This document shows, one piece after another, positions 51,390 to 64,000 of a stretch of DNA of 64,000 nucleotides (position 1 is the first letter of the stretch; each line of letters opens with the position of its first letter). This DNA comes from Mobula birostris (Eukaryota): the NCBI RefSeq assembly GCF_030028105.1, contig NC_092397.1, positions 26,050,630 to 26,114,629 on the forward strand, given 5' to 3'. The notes under the pieces are model-generated. The model did not search any database, was not told the origin of the DNA, and saw only the letters and a list, made by a program, of their open reading frames with translations. Both the position numbers and the translations under genes were made by a program.

Positions 51390-54300
51390 AAGCATGTGTG
51401 TGAGGCCGGTGTTCTGTACTCGGTGTCAGATGTGGGAAGTTCTGGAGTCTCCCAGCCTCCTGGACGGGAATATCCGCACCCGGTGTGTCGAGCTGCGGCT
51501 CCCAAGGGATTGCGTTAGGGAACGGGAGTTGCAGCTCGTTGACCTTCGTCTGGTCAGGGAGAGCGAGGAGGTGATTGAAGGGAGTCATAGGCAGGTGGTC
51601 GAACCGGGACCACAGGAGACAGACAAGTGGTTAACAGTCAGGAGAGGGAAGGGGAAGAGTCAGGTACCAGAGAGTACCCCTGTGGCTGTCCCCCTGTACA
51701 ATAAGTACTCCTGTTTGAGTACTGTTGGGGGGGGGGGGGGTTGGGGGGGAGGAACAGCCTACCTGGGGGAAGCAACAGCAGCCAAGCCTCTGGCACAGAG
51801 TCCGGCCCTGTGGCTCAGAAGGGCAGAGAAAGGAAGAGAAAGGCCGTACTGATAGGGGACTCTTTAGTTAGGCGACTCTGTGGATGCAGGAAAGAAACAC
51901 GGATGGTAGTTTACCTCCCAGATGCCAGGGTCCGGGATGTTTCAGATCACGTCCAAAATATCCTGCAGTGGATTGGAGAACAGCCAGAGGTCGTGGTACA
52001 TATTGCTACCATTGACATAGGTAGGAAAAGGGAGGAGGTCCTGAAAAAGGACTACAGGGAGTTAGGAAGGAAGTTGAGAAGCAGGAGAGCAAAGGTAGTA
52101 ATCTCGGGATTACTGCCTGTGCCACAGGAAAGTGAGTATAGGAATAGAATTGAGGTGGAGGATAAATGCGTGGCTGAGGGATTAAAGCAGGGGGCAGGGA
52201 TTCAGATTTCTGGATCACTGGGACCTCTTTTGGGGCAGATGTGACCTGTACAAAAAGGACGAGTTGCACTTGAATCCCACGGGGAGCAATATCTTGGTGG
52301 GGAGGTTTGCTATTGGGGAGAGTTTAAACTAGAACTGTTGGGAGGTGGGAACCAAACTGAAGAGACTGGGGAAGAGGCGGTTGGCTCACAAATAGAGAAA
52401 GCTTGGAGACGGTGTGTGAGGGAGGACAGGCAAGTGATAGAGAAGGTACGTGCTCAGACCAATGGTTTGAGATGTGTCTATTTTAACGCAGGGAGTATTG
52501 TGAACAAAGCAGATGAGCTTAGAGCATGTATCACTACTTGGAGCTATGGTGTGGTGGCCATTACAGAGACTTGGATGGCTCAGGGACAGGAATGGTTACT
52601 TCAAGTGCCAGGTTTTAGATATTTCAGAAAGGACAGGGAGGGAGGCCAAAGGGGTGGGGGCGTGGCACTGTTGATCAGAGATAGTGTCATGGCTGCAGAA
52701 AAGGTGGACGTCATGGGGGGATTGTCTACGGAGTCTCTGTGGGTGGAGGTTAGGAACAGTAAGGGGTCAATTACTCTACTGTGTGTTTTTCATAGTCCAC
52801 CCAACAGTAACAGGGATATCGAGGAGCAGATAGGGAAACAGATAAGAATAAGAGTCGTAGTGGTGGGAGATTTTAATTTCACAAATATCGATTGGCGTTT
52901 AGATAGGGTGGAGTTTGTTAGGTGTGTTCAGGAAGGTTTCTTGACACAATATGTAGATAAGCCTACAAGAGGAGAGACTGTACTTGATTTGGTATTGGGA
53001 AATGAACCTGGTCAGGTGTCAGTCCTCTCAGTGGGAGAGCATTTTGGAGATAGTGATCATAATTCTATCTTCTTTGCAATAGCATTGGAGAGAGCTAGGA
53101 ACAGACAAGTTAGAAAAGCGATTAATTGGAGTAAGGGGAATTATGAGGCTATCAGGCAGGAACTTGGAAGCTTAAATTGGGAACTGATGTTCTCAAGGAA
53201 AGGTACGGGAGAAATGTGGCAAATGTTCAGGGAATATTTCTGTTGTCATGTGTGTCGCCAAGCAGAGCTACCGGACGGATGATGCTAATGAGAGAGATAA
53301 TGGAAGACAATGGAGAAACATATTGACAGACCATTTGCTTTGAACCTGAATAGTTTGAAGTTTGATGGACAGGTGATACCCCAGCAGGGGGATAAAAAGA
53401 GGCACGAGAAACGCCACGAGACCCTGGAAAGGGCAGTGTGCCCCCACAAGTTGGTGGAGTTTGGAGGACCGGTTTGCGGGAATTGATCAGATGCTCTCAG
53501 GGTGTGTGTCCGCCCTTGCCTGAGTGCCGGGTTCACTGCGGAAGAACGATCGTATCCGGAACAGAGTGGCCACAGTCAGTGACCACAGCGGGATCAGAAG
53601 ATATCAAAAGATCTGCCCGAAACCAACTGCATCTCTATATATCTCTCTCTCTCCCTCCCTCCAACGGTACAACAACAGTGATTACTTCGAACTGCACTAA
53701 ACTGAACTGAACTCTGCTTAAGACTGATCATTTTACCCCTAGACTACGATAGAGCTTGGTTGATTCCTATTACCCTATTTCTGTGTATATGTGGGTATTA
53801 TCATTGCGAACCTGTTACATTTATATCCTTGCAATTAGTGTACTGTATTACTTATTTCCTTAATAAAAATTTAATAGTTCCTAGTAATCACAGACTCCAA
53901 CAAGCGTTCCATTTCTGCTGGTTTAGCAACCCAGTTATGGGGTACGTAACAGTGTGGAGTTCTGCATAGGTATGTTCCAATCAAGGCTGCAGTAAATCTA
54001 GACAAGAAGAAAAGAAAAGCTTACAAAAGGTTCAGAGGGTGAGGTAATGTCAGAGATCTAGAAGATTGTCAGGCTAACAAGAAGGAGCTTAAGAAGGAAA
54101 TTAGGAGAGCCAGAAGGGGCCATGAGAAGGCCTTGGCGGGCAGGATTAAGGAAAGCCCCAAGGCATTCTACGAGTATGTGAAGAGCAAGAGGATACGACT
54201 TGAAAGGATAAAACCTATCAAGTGTGACAGTGGGAAAGTGTGTATGGAACCAGAGGAAATAGCAGAGGTACTTAATGAATACTTTACTTCAATATTCACT

Positions 54301-55960
54301 ACAGAAAAGGATCTTGATGATTTTAGTGATGACTTGCAGCAGACTGAAAAGCTTGAGCATGTAGATATTAAGAAAGTGGATGTGCTGGAGCTTTTGGAAA
54401 GCATCAGGTTGGATAAGTCGCCGGGACAGGATGAGATGTACCTAGGATACTGCGGGAGGCGAGGGAGGAGATTGCTGAGCCTCTGGCGATGAACTTTGCA
54501 TCATCAATGGGGACAGGAGAGGTTCCGGAGGATTGCGGATGTTGTTCCCTCATTCAAGAAAGGGAGTAGAGATAGCCCAGGAAATTATTAACCAGTGAGT
54601 CTTACTTCAGTGGTTGGTAAGCTGATGGAGAAGATCCTGAGAGGCAGGATTTATGAGCATTTGGAGAGGTATAATATGATTAGGAATAGTCAGCATGGCT
54701 TGTCAAGGGCAGGTCGTGCCTTACGAGCCTGATTGAATTTTTTGAGGATGTGACTAAACATATTCATGAAGGGAGAGCAGTAGATGTAGTGCAAATGGAT
54801 TTCAGCAAGGCATTTGATAAGGTACCTCATGCAAGGCTTATTGGGAAAGTTAGGAGGCATGGGATCCAAGGGGACAATGTTTTGCGGATCCAGAACTGGC
54901 TTGCCCACAGAAGGCAAAGAGTGGTTGTAGACGGGTCATATTCTGCATGGAGGTCGGTGAGCAGTGGTGTGCCTCAGGGATCTGTTCTGGGACCCTTACT
55001 TTTCGTGATTTTTATAAATGACCTGGATGAGGAAGTGAAGGGATGGGTTAGTAAGTTTGCTGATGACACAAAGGTTGGGGGTGTTGTGAATAGTGTGGAG
55101 TGCTGTCAGAGGTTACAGCGGGACATTGATAGGATGCAAAACTGGGCTGAGAAGTGGCAGATGGAGTTCAACCCAGATAAGTGTGAAGTGGTTCACTTTG
55201 GTAGGTCAAATATGATGAGAGTATATAGTATGAATGGTAAGACCCTTGGCATTGTGGAGGACCAGAGGGATCTTGGGGTCAGAGTCCATAGGACACTCAA
55301 AGCAGCTACGCAGGTTGACTCTGTGGTTCAGGTGGCATACGGTGCATTGGCCTTCATCAATCCTGGAATTGAACTGAGGAGCCAACAGGTAATGTTGCAG
55401 CTATATAGGACCTTGGTCAGATGCCACTTGGAGTACTGCGCTCGGTTCTGGTCGCCTCGCTACAGGAAGGATGTGGAAACCACATAAAGGGTGCAGAGGA
55501 GATTTATAAGGATGATACCTGGATTGGGGAGCATGCCTTATGAGAATAGGTTGAGTGAACTCGGCCTTTTCTCCTTGGAGCGACAGGGGATGACAGGTGA
55601 TCTGATAGAGGTGTATAAGATGATGCGAGGCATTAACTGTGTAGATAGTCAGAGGCTTTTTCCCAGGGCTGAAATGGCTGCCACAAGAGGGCACAGGTTC
55701 AAGGTGCTTGGGAGTAGGTACAGAGGAGATGTCAGGGTAAGTTTTTTTTACACAGAGAATGGTGAGTGCGTGGAATGGGCTGCCAGCAATGGTGGTAGAG
55801 GCCGATACGATAGGGTCTTTTGAGAGACTTTTGGATAGGTACATGGAGCTTAGAAAAATAGAGGGCTATGGGTAACCGTAGTAATTTCAAAGGTAGCTAC
55901 ATGTTTGGCACAACTTTGTGGGCTGAAGGGCCTGTATTGTGCTGTAGGTTTTCTATATTT
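51390..55960 (+). mobile_element. Near full-length CR1 LINE, disrupted, with LTR insertion
   Basis: ORF1 (CTRCQMWE, IGDSLVR); EN (YFNAGSI, AITETW, GDFNF, SDHN); RT (DFSKAFDKVPH, PQGSVLGP, FADDTK); many stops and frameshifts. Confidence 0.93.
53244..53951. mobile_element. Solo LTR-like insertion in CR1
   Basis: TGTCA...TAACA ends; flanks CTGT/GTGT; AATAAA at ~53862; CR1 sequence resumes after it. Confidence 0.65.
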
Positions 55961-57027
55961 CCTCTCTCCCCAGAGGGAGACTGCAATCTGGAACACACTG
56001 CCTGAGGGGGTGGTGCAGGCTGGTATTTAAGGACCATCTGGATGAGCATTTGAATCACGAAGGCAGGGTAGGAGACAGACCAAGTGCTGAGTTAGTGGGG
56101 ACAGATTCTCAATGGTCGGTATAGACACGCAGAAACCACTGACTGTGAAAGTGCAGGGGGAATCTGAAACACAGAACTTCAGGGTGGACTCAGCTAAAAC
56201 ATTCAGAACCCAGTACGATGGATTTTTGTTGGACAAAGGTACTAATGGCCACATACTGAACCAACCCCCTCAAAAGGTGACCAAAATGCTGCCATTCCCT
56301 GTGCACCAGTAACAATACTTTTGTCTGGGAATTTGGTGAAGTATTCTGGGTGATATTAGGAGATATGTCTGACACCTTGGTCACAGTGGGAGGGTGCAAA
56401 TATTTTCTCAGAGGGTAAGGGGTTCAGTGGAACAAGCTCACAGCTGAGAATGAAGGTGACAAACCCCACTGCAGTGGAGGACTGCTGTGGTCAGGGTTGT
56501 ACAGGATAGAAACAGACCCTGCGGCCCATCACATTTATGCTCCCCATCATGCACAGCTGTAATAATCCCACTTTCCTGCATTAGTTTCATATCCCTCTGG
56601 GCCTTGCTCACTGAAGCCCCTGTGCATGTGCCTCTAATATTGTTACACAGTTCCCTGTATGTGGCATCACAGGTAGACAGGGTTGTGTGTTCTACTTGCC
56701 TTGTCAGTCAAAGAACTGCCTCTCATTAGAGTTGGACAAAACTGTTTAAAGACAGATTTAAAGGGGATCTGAGGGGTAAATATTTCACACAGAGAATAAC
56801 TGGCATCCGGAATTAACTCCCAAAATAGAGTCACTGGTTTATACAGAAATGAAACAGTCCCTTCAGTACAACTCATCCCCGCCGACCAAGTTGTCGACCT
56901 GAACTCGGCCCATCTGCCTGCATTAGGCCCGAATCCCTCTCAACCTTTCCCATCCATGTGACTGTGCAAATATGTTTTAAATATTGTACCTGAGGCAGAG
57001 AGCCGGTGCAGTGAGGCGCTGACAGAC

Positions 57028-57270
57028 ACTCACTGTTCCGCGGACAGGAAGAGGAGAGGCGGATCCCACAGCGGAGCCGAAACCCCAACAAGTAGAGACC
57101 GGCTCCACCATCTCGGACTTCCCGCACTGGACCGTTTCCACGGAAACGACGACGGTGACTGTAGGGCTTTGTGACGTCAGCGCGCCACGGGTCAACAATC
57201 GCATGGAGTCACGTGACAGTAACCCGACAGCTGGGGAGGCGGGGCAGAGGGAGCTGTCAATCAGCAGAGC
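57028..57270 (-). promoter_or_regulatory. CpG-rich promoter and putative non-coding first exon (unit B)
   Basis: X-box GTTTCCACGGAAAC at 57134-57147; CRE at 57172-57179; GTCACGTGAC at 57208-57217; GC box ~57236; TGATTGACAG (minus) at 57254-57263; donor CA|GTGAGT at 57028-57033. Confidence 0.65.
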
Positions 57271-57589
57271 GGCTGAAAAACTTTTCACCATTGTGAACAG
57301 AATGGGGAGAGCGGGAGATTTCCTGGGACGTGACCCACTCCCCCATTCCCTGGAATTGAGTGTGTTATACACAGTAACATTCATATTATAATTTAGCTCT
57401 TCGATCTTATAAATATGTCATGTTTGTATTTTGTATATTTTTGTGTGGATAATCTTTTATAATTTGGGATGAAGGATGTTGGAACTAGATCACTGGAAAA
57501 AAACGTCACGGAAAAATATTGTCAAAGCCAAAATATTAATCCAAAGTAAGTTGTTATCACACTTCGCATAAGGCACCATATAGTTCAAA

Positions 57590-59830
57590 GATCAAATTAA
57601 AATTTATTCTCACAGTACATACGTGTCACCACAGATAGCCAGAGATTCTTGTTCAGCGGGCATGCTTAGCAAATCTATAGAACAGTAACCGTGAACTGTA
57701 AATATGAGGAACTATAAACTGTAAACAAATTGTGTAAATGCAGAAAAATGAATAGCAATAAATAACAAGCATGAAATAACGATATAACAGTCCTGACATG
57801 AGTGTATCTATCCCCTTTTGTTCAGGACACTGATGATTGAGGGGTAGTAACTGTTCTTGAAGCTGGTGGTGTGAGTCCTGAGGTACTTGTACCTTCTACC
57901 TGATGGCAGCAGTGAGAAAAGAGCATTGCCTGGGTGGTGAGGATCTTTGCTGATGGACGCTGCTTTCCTCCGGCAATGTTTCATGTAGATGTGCTCAGTG
58001 GTTGTGAGGATTTTACCCGTGATATACCGGGCCGAATCCGCTACCTTTTGTAGGATTTCCTACTCAAAGGCATTGGTGTTCCTATACCATGCCGTAATGC
58101 AGCCAGTCAGCACACATTCTGCCACATATAGAAGTTTGGTAAGTTTTCGATGACCGGCTGAATCTCTGAGTGCCCTGAGGAAGCAGAGGTGCAGTCGGGA
58201 CTTCTTCACAATAATATTTATATGATGGGCTCAGGACAGGTCCTCAGAGAGTGACACACAGAAATTCAAAGTTACCGACCCTTTCCGCCTCTAATCGTCC
58301 TTTGATTACTGGCTCATGGACCTCTGGGTTTCCCCTCCTAAAGTCACAATCAGTTCCTTGGTCTCATCCACATTGAGTGAGAGGTTGTTGATATTACACA
58401 ACTCAGCGAAGTTTTCAGAGTCCCTCCTGTATGCCGATTAATCACCCTCTTTGATACAGCCCACAACAGTTGTGTCATCAGTAAACTTGTAATGGTGTTG
58501 GAAGTGTACTTGGCCACACATTCATACTGTCGGAGTAAAGTGAGTGTGGGGGGGGGGGGGAGGATGCGGGGAGCAAAGCACACTCTGGGTGGGACTCCTG
58601 TGCTGTGGAGGAGATGTTTCTTGTCAATCCAAACTGACTGGGTTTTGCAACTGAGGAAATCCAGGATCCAATTGCACAAGGGGGTATTGAGGCCCAGGAC
58701 TGGGAGTTTACTGATCAGTTTTGAGGGGATGACATTGTTAAGTGCTGATCTGTAATCAATAAATGGCATCCAGATGTTTGCACCTTTGCTGTCCAGATGT
58801 TCCAGAGTTGTGTGAAGAGACAACGAGACAGCATCTGCTGTTGCTTCAGTTGGTGAAATGGAGAGGATCCAAGTCACCATTCAGACAAGAGCTGATATGC
58901 TTCAACACCAGCCTCTCAAAACACTTCATTGCTGTGGATGTAAGTGCCACTGGGCAATAGTCATTCAGACAGGTTGCCACGCTCCTGTTGGGCACCGATA
59001 TGATTGAAGCTTCCTTGAAGTAGGTGGGTTCCACACACTGCTAGATCGAGAGGTTGAAGATATCCGTGAATACACGAGCCAGCTGGTCAGCACAGGTCTT
59101 CAGTACTCGGCCAGGTACTCCATCCAGACCAGATGCTTTCCTTGGATTCACTCTCTTGAAGGCAGCCTGCACGTCATCTTCAGATACTGAGACCAAATGA
59201 CCATCGGGAGACACGGGGGTGCGCGATGGTTCCTTCCTCTTCTGCCTGTCCAAAGTGAGCATAGAAGGCATTGAGCTCGTCTGGAACCGAAGCTGTGCTG
59301 TCCCCTTTGTCACGAGATTTACCTTTGCAGGAGGTTCTGGCATTCAAACCCTGACACAGATCTTGAGCATCACTCTTTTATTCCATTCTATTCCAGAATC
59401 TCCACATTGCCCAAGAGACGGCTTTCCGCAGATCATACCTGCAGCTCTTGTAGTATTCCTGATCTCCAGACCTGAATGGATCTGATCTGGTGCTCAGCTG
59501 GTTCCAGATCTCAGTGCTTACCCAGAGCCTCTGATTTGGGAAAACCTTGAATGATTTTGTGGGGACACACGCCTCCACAGCTGTTTTATTGAAGTCTGTA
59601 GTGACCCCGGTGTCGTCCTTCAGGTCCTTCGATGAGTTCTTGAACATGGCTCAGCCTGCTGACTCAAGGCAATCCTGTAACCGTTCCTCTGCCTCCCAAC
59701 ACCACCCCTCGGTTATCTGGATATCTGGAGCCTTGTTCCTTAGTCTCTGTCTGTATGCAGGTAGCAGGAGTACAGTCAAATGATCCAACTTAACAACAAC
59801 AGGCATTCCTGATCGTGGTGTAGCAGTGCC
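57590..59830 (-). mobile_element. Rex1/Babar-like LINE, decayed
   Basis: VNPRKASGLDGVPGRVLKTCADQL, CLNDYCPVALTSTAMKCFERLV and LCNWILDFL. Confidence 0.85.
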
Positions 59831-59955
59831 CTAGTGTGTTGGGACCTCTGATGCAAAAGGTTACTACTTCAGATTCATTTTCTTTCAGATATCTACAGGA
59901 AAATGAATACAATGGAATTGATGAAAACTACAGACAGCAAAGACTGACAGACAAA

Positions 59956-60480
59956 TCATGTGCAAAAGAAGACAAATAGTGGAATATCCTCCTCTTCATT
60001 ATTAATTACATTGTCCTTAGATTCAGTAATTAGTCTAATTAACGTTCGCCTTGTGGTAACATGTTCACACGGGATCTTAGCTTCCACACACACCTCTTTG
60101 AGCTGATCCAGTTGCAAAAGCCATAGGCTCTGAGACAAGGTCTCTGCCAACTCCCCCCGATCCATTATGTGTGAAGCAGCCGCGCCCCCAAAGAAGCGCG
60201 CTCCCGCTCTCCATCAAACGCGATCCGTGTCCTCATTGTGGCCACACTGAGCGACGTTAATTGTCCCGGGTTCCGGCACCAAATATTTGTTGCACACAAA
60301 AGGGATTTCCAGGCGTGCCGAAGTTTAAAATAGCGTCTTTATTTTCCTTTCTGGAAACACCGGAACACAGCGCATCGGCTTTCCACGCACGCTGCCGGGC
60401 CGTCTCCGTCCACTCCATCACATCCCCGGGACTCCTCAGCTGCCCCAACTGCCTGGATAAGCTTTGCCCCTTGTAACCAT
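59956..60480 (-). mobile_element. LTR retrotransposon 5' fragment (LTR end, tRNA-Phe PBS, gag-like start)
   Basis: Minus strand ...GCAACA-aatatt-TGGTGCCGGAACCCGGGA (60264-60281), complementary to the tRNA-Phe 3' end; downstream ORF 59956-60165; far LTR boundary uncertain. Confidence 0.65.
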
Positions 60481-60859
60481 CAACCAACCCACTGAACATT
60501 AATCAAATTGTCAATGAACCAAATAACAAAACCAAAGCACTAAAAATAATATGAACATAATATAAGAAAATTAGGGGGGTATCCAGTGTCCATTACTATG
60601 CTCCACATTACTATGGGTCCCACTTTGGCATGGGTGACCCTCCCAAAAGCCAAACCACAAGGGCCTTGTCTCCAGCCAGCTTCACTCTCCGGTCATTGAG
60701 GCAGGTTTCAGACATCCCACCTCTCCCGGAAGATCCGGGAGTCTCCCGCATATCGATAGTGGCTCCCTGACGCCCGGGAATTATATACAATATCCCGGAA
60801 ATAGATTTATTTTTTTGAGAGGGAGAGCGAGCATCCTGTTTGGTCTCTCTTCGTGCTGA

Positions 60860-61553
60860 GAGTGGTCTCCAACCACCGGGCCGTGAGGAAACAATATGAT
60901 TTGGCGATATGAAACGATATGAGTCAGCTGCACCTTTTCTCATTCCCTGTCACGCACTGTTGAGCTCGAACGCACGCGAGGTCATTACGCACGCCTCATC
61001 CATGTCAGCGCGGGAAAAAGATCAACTCCTGGAGCTTGTAAGTGACGGCGGGCTGAAAAGTATGTTTGACATAACATCTCTGCCGGCATTCTGGATCAAA
61101 GGCAAGGCTTACTATCCTGAGATAGACACGAAAGCACTGAAAACGTTGCGTCCATTTCCAACATCATATCGCTGCGAAGCGGAGTTTTCTGCAATGAATC
61201 CAACGAAAACTAAATTGCGGAATAGACTGGACATAAGGAACCCCCTTCGAGTATCGCTGTCTCCCATCACGCCTCGATGGGACCGTCTTGTTGCAGGAAA
61301 ACAAGCCCAGGGCTCACACTGATTCAGCGATATTGGTGTGTTGCAATGAATTTATATGTTTACACGGGGAAAATATGCGCTGTGTGTTTAATATCCAAAC
61401 GTTACTTAAAATGTTATGATGCTATTGACTTATCACCTATATTCCGGTCGTGATTAACACCGCCCCCTGCTCCCCGCCCCCGGGTCGGCCGGTCCGCAAG
61501 AATATTGTCAATATTGAACCGGTCTGCGGTGCAAAAAATGTTGGGGACCGCTG
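60860..61553 (+). mobile_element. Internally deleted hAT-Charlie/Buster element
   Basis: TIRs GAGTGGTCTCCAAC / GTTGGGGACCGCTG; C-terminal dimerisation remnant FW...PFPTSYRCEAEFS...KTKLRNRL...QAQGSH. Confidence 0.85.
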
Positions 61554-61884
61554 CTAAGTAGACCTATCAGTTTTCTCTGTGGGCGGGCTTTACAGTCGAC
61601 CTCAAAAATAATGACAGTGTTGCTCGCTGCACCTTTTGCAACAGTGACCTTTCTACTGCCCATGGTGGGTTAAAATGTAAAAGACATGTTGAGGTGAGTT
61701 TAACAGGTGTCATTACAGCATAGCTAACGTTATTTAAACTAGCTGGTTAGCTGCTAAGGAACAACGCTATTGATGTCCTACGTGATGAGGCCAACCTCCC
61801 TGCAGACTTGCTTAAAGTTGTAATAGAATAAACATGATAATAAAATATAATATAACACATATTTTAATGTCACATTTGCTGCAT

Positions 61885-62750
61885 ATAGTCATAGTCATAG
61901 TCATACTTTATTGATCCTGGGAGAAATTGGTTTTCGTTACAGTTGCACCATAAATAATAAATAGTTAAATAGTAATATGTAAATTATGCCAGGAAATAAG
62001 TCCAGGACCAGCCTATTGGCTCAGGGTGTCTGACCCTCCAAGGGAGGAGTTCTAAAATTTGATGGCCACAGGCAGGAATGACTTCCTATGACGCTCTGTG
62101 TTGCATCTCAGTGGAATGAGTCTCTGGCTGAATGTACTCCTGTGCCCAACCAGTACATTATGTAGTGGATGGGAGACGTTGTCCAAGATGGCATGCAACT
62201 TGGGCAGCATCTTCTTTTCAGACACCACAGTCAGAGAGTCCAGTTCCATCCCCACAACATCACTGGCCTTACGAATGAGTTTGTTGATTCTGTTGGTGTC
62301 TGCTACCCTCAGCCTGTTGCTCCAGCACACAACAGCAAACATGATAGCACTGGCCACCACAGACTCGTAGAACATCCTCAGCATCGTCCGGCAGATGTTA
62401 AAGGACCTCAGTCTCCTCAGGAAATAGAGATGGCTCTGACCCTTCTTGTAGACAGCCTCAGTGTTCTTTGACCAGTCCAGTTTATTGTCAATTCGTATCC
62501 CAGGTATTTGTAATCCTCCACCATGTCCACCCTGACCCCCTGGATGGAAACAGGGGTCACCGGTCCATTAACCCTCCTCAGGTCTACCACCAGCTCCTTA
62601 GTCTTTTTCACATTAAGCTGCAGATCATTCTGCTCACACCATGTGACAAAGTTTCCTACCATAGCCCTGTACTCAGCCTCATCTCCCTTGCTGATGCATC
62701 CAACTATGGCAGAGTCATCAGAAAACTTCTGAAGATGAAAAGACTCTGTG
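61885..62750 (-). mobile_element. Rex1-like LINE 3' portion
   Basis: LQLNVKKTKELVVD, YKYLG and FYESVVASAIMFAVVCW; AATAAA plus (GACTAT)n tail. Confidence 0.85.
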
Positions 62751-62940
62751 CACTAGTATACCCAACTTGGTTTACAGATTAGACAAAATCACTAAACAAA
62801 GTATTACATACACACTTGGAGGTCAACGGGCGGGAGGGGGGAATATGGTGTTGCAGGGGGCGGGGGAGCTACCTCCCTGAAATGGTGGTGCTACCTCCCT
62901 GAAATGAGTTTTTGCAGGGTGGGATGTCTGTGGTTTGCTC

Positions 62941-63028
62941 CAGGAAATGATCTCCCACTTTGCCAGATTTGCTGCAGGAAATGATCTCCCATTTTGCCAG
63001 GTTTGCTGCGGGAAATGATCTCCCATTT
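62941..63028. repeat. 34-bp tandem repeat, ~2.6 copies
   Basis: CAGGAAATGATCTCCCA(C/T)TTTGCCAG(A/G)TTTGCTG. Confidence 0.85.
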
Positions 63029-64000
63029 GTGCAGCTTCATTCAAGCAGGGAAGCTGAAGGTGCCAGTCTGCACTAAGGTTCGATTTCAGGACTATCAAGT
63101 GGCCCTCAAAGCTGCTACCACATCATTTATATCAAGCAAAGAGATTCTAATCATGTGATGTCATTTTGTTAATTTGTAAATAATCTAGATAGATTTAGAA
63201 ATCAGATAGTTTCAGAAAGAACAGGAAGGATAGTTTATTTTCAGCTTTATTCCATCCAGTCTGAAATATAAACTTTTTACCATATCTGTAAGAATGAGAA
63301 ATTGACTGGATCTGTACAATGAAAGCCTTACTTTGTGTCATGTAAGTTGTGTCACTTTCTTTCTCCCTGTTTGCTTTATCCTGTCAGCAGAGTGAGATAC
63401 AAATCAAATCAAGTTTAATTATCATTCAGCCATAATAGATAGGGCGAATGAGGCAGCGTCCCTCGGGGGACACGGTGCAGAACGAACAACATAGTGCATT
63501 CAAAAAAGCAAGTAGAGAAGCCTCTTCACGTGGAATAAGAACATATATGTAGTCCAAGACCCTCAGTGACCTGTCCTGCAATCAATGGTAAAATCTCCTG
63601 GCAGTGTGCAGACACGTGCAGTCCAGACTGTTGTTCCACCACTCGAACAGGAGAGGGCAGCACCAACGGGAGGCGCCAGCCCCCTGCTGAGCGCGGATGC
63701 CACGTTGCACCGCCTCCAGCGTCCCTCACCTGGCCTGCAGCTGCAGGCAAGCCCGCGGCTTGAGGACTCGTCCCCGCTACAATCGGGGTTACGTGGCTTC
63801 TACTATCGCACCACCAGACAAGTGTAACAGGCCTGCGGCAACTTACACTATCACTCTGCAAAAGAGTCTTGCGATTGCGAGTGAAATAACCAAAATCACG
63901 AGTGAAATAACCATGACAATCTTTCACGTACCAACTCCGATGCCTCTGAGTGGCAGGCAGCAACACAGTCTCAACTCAAGCTCTGTATAAATTTTGGGTT

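Larger units (their letters stand above)
60709..62930 (+). mobile_element. Non-autonomous hAT-like transposon (same family as 15226-18631) with nested inserts
   Basis: TIRs CAGACATCCCACC / GGTGGGATGTCTG; flanks AGGTTT/TGGTTT. Confidence 0.8.

Noticed and set aside
60264-60281. tRNA-Phe gene
   Set aside because: Only the 18-nt 3' end including CCA, adjacent to an LTR end, so a PBS
60909-61322. Domesticated ZBED/SCAND3-like gene
   Set aside because: Only the C-terminal fragment, lying between TIRs of an internally deleted element

Overview
Vertebrate nuclear DNA, most likely a cartilaginous fish (inferred from a repeat landscape dominated by CR1, Penelope-like and Rex1 elements). It is a dispersed, TE-riddled replication-dependent histone cluster. 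Intact ORFs are H4(+), H3.2-type(+), a divergent H1(-), H2A(-), two H2B(-) and a second H4(-). Between them lie histone remnants: an H3 3' half, an H4 3' end, an orphan H2A promoter and an orphan H4 promoter. There is also a C2H2 zinc-finger pseudogene. Most remaining sequence is CR1, Rex1, Nimb/I-like and Penelope-like retroelements, solo LTRs, a Gypsy-like 5' fragment, Tc1 and hAT remnants, and minisatellites. Main observations: (1) the first H4 has precisely lost its 3' stem-loop and has an AATAAA absent at the same position in its near-identical paralog; (2) two paralogous CpG-rich minus-strand promoter/first-exon units share an X-box, CRE, GC-box and PBX/PREP architecture, a splice donor and a downstream block, but no visible CDS; (3) the ZnF array is built of 83-bp (frameshifting) units; (4) Penelope tails carry minimal hammerhead ribozyme motifs; (5) an H2A promoter is fused to a LINE ORF2. 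All alignments were done by eye, and TE boundaries are approximate.
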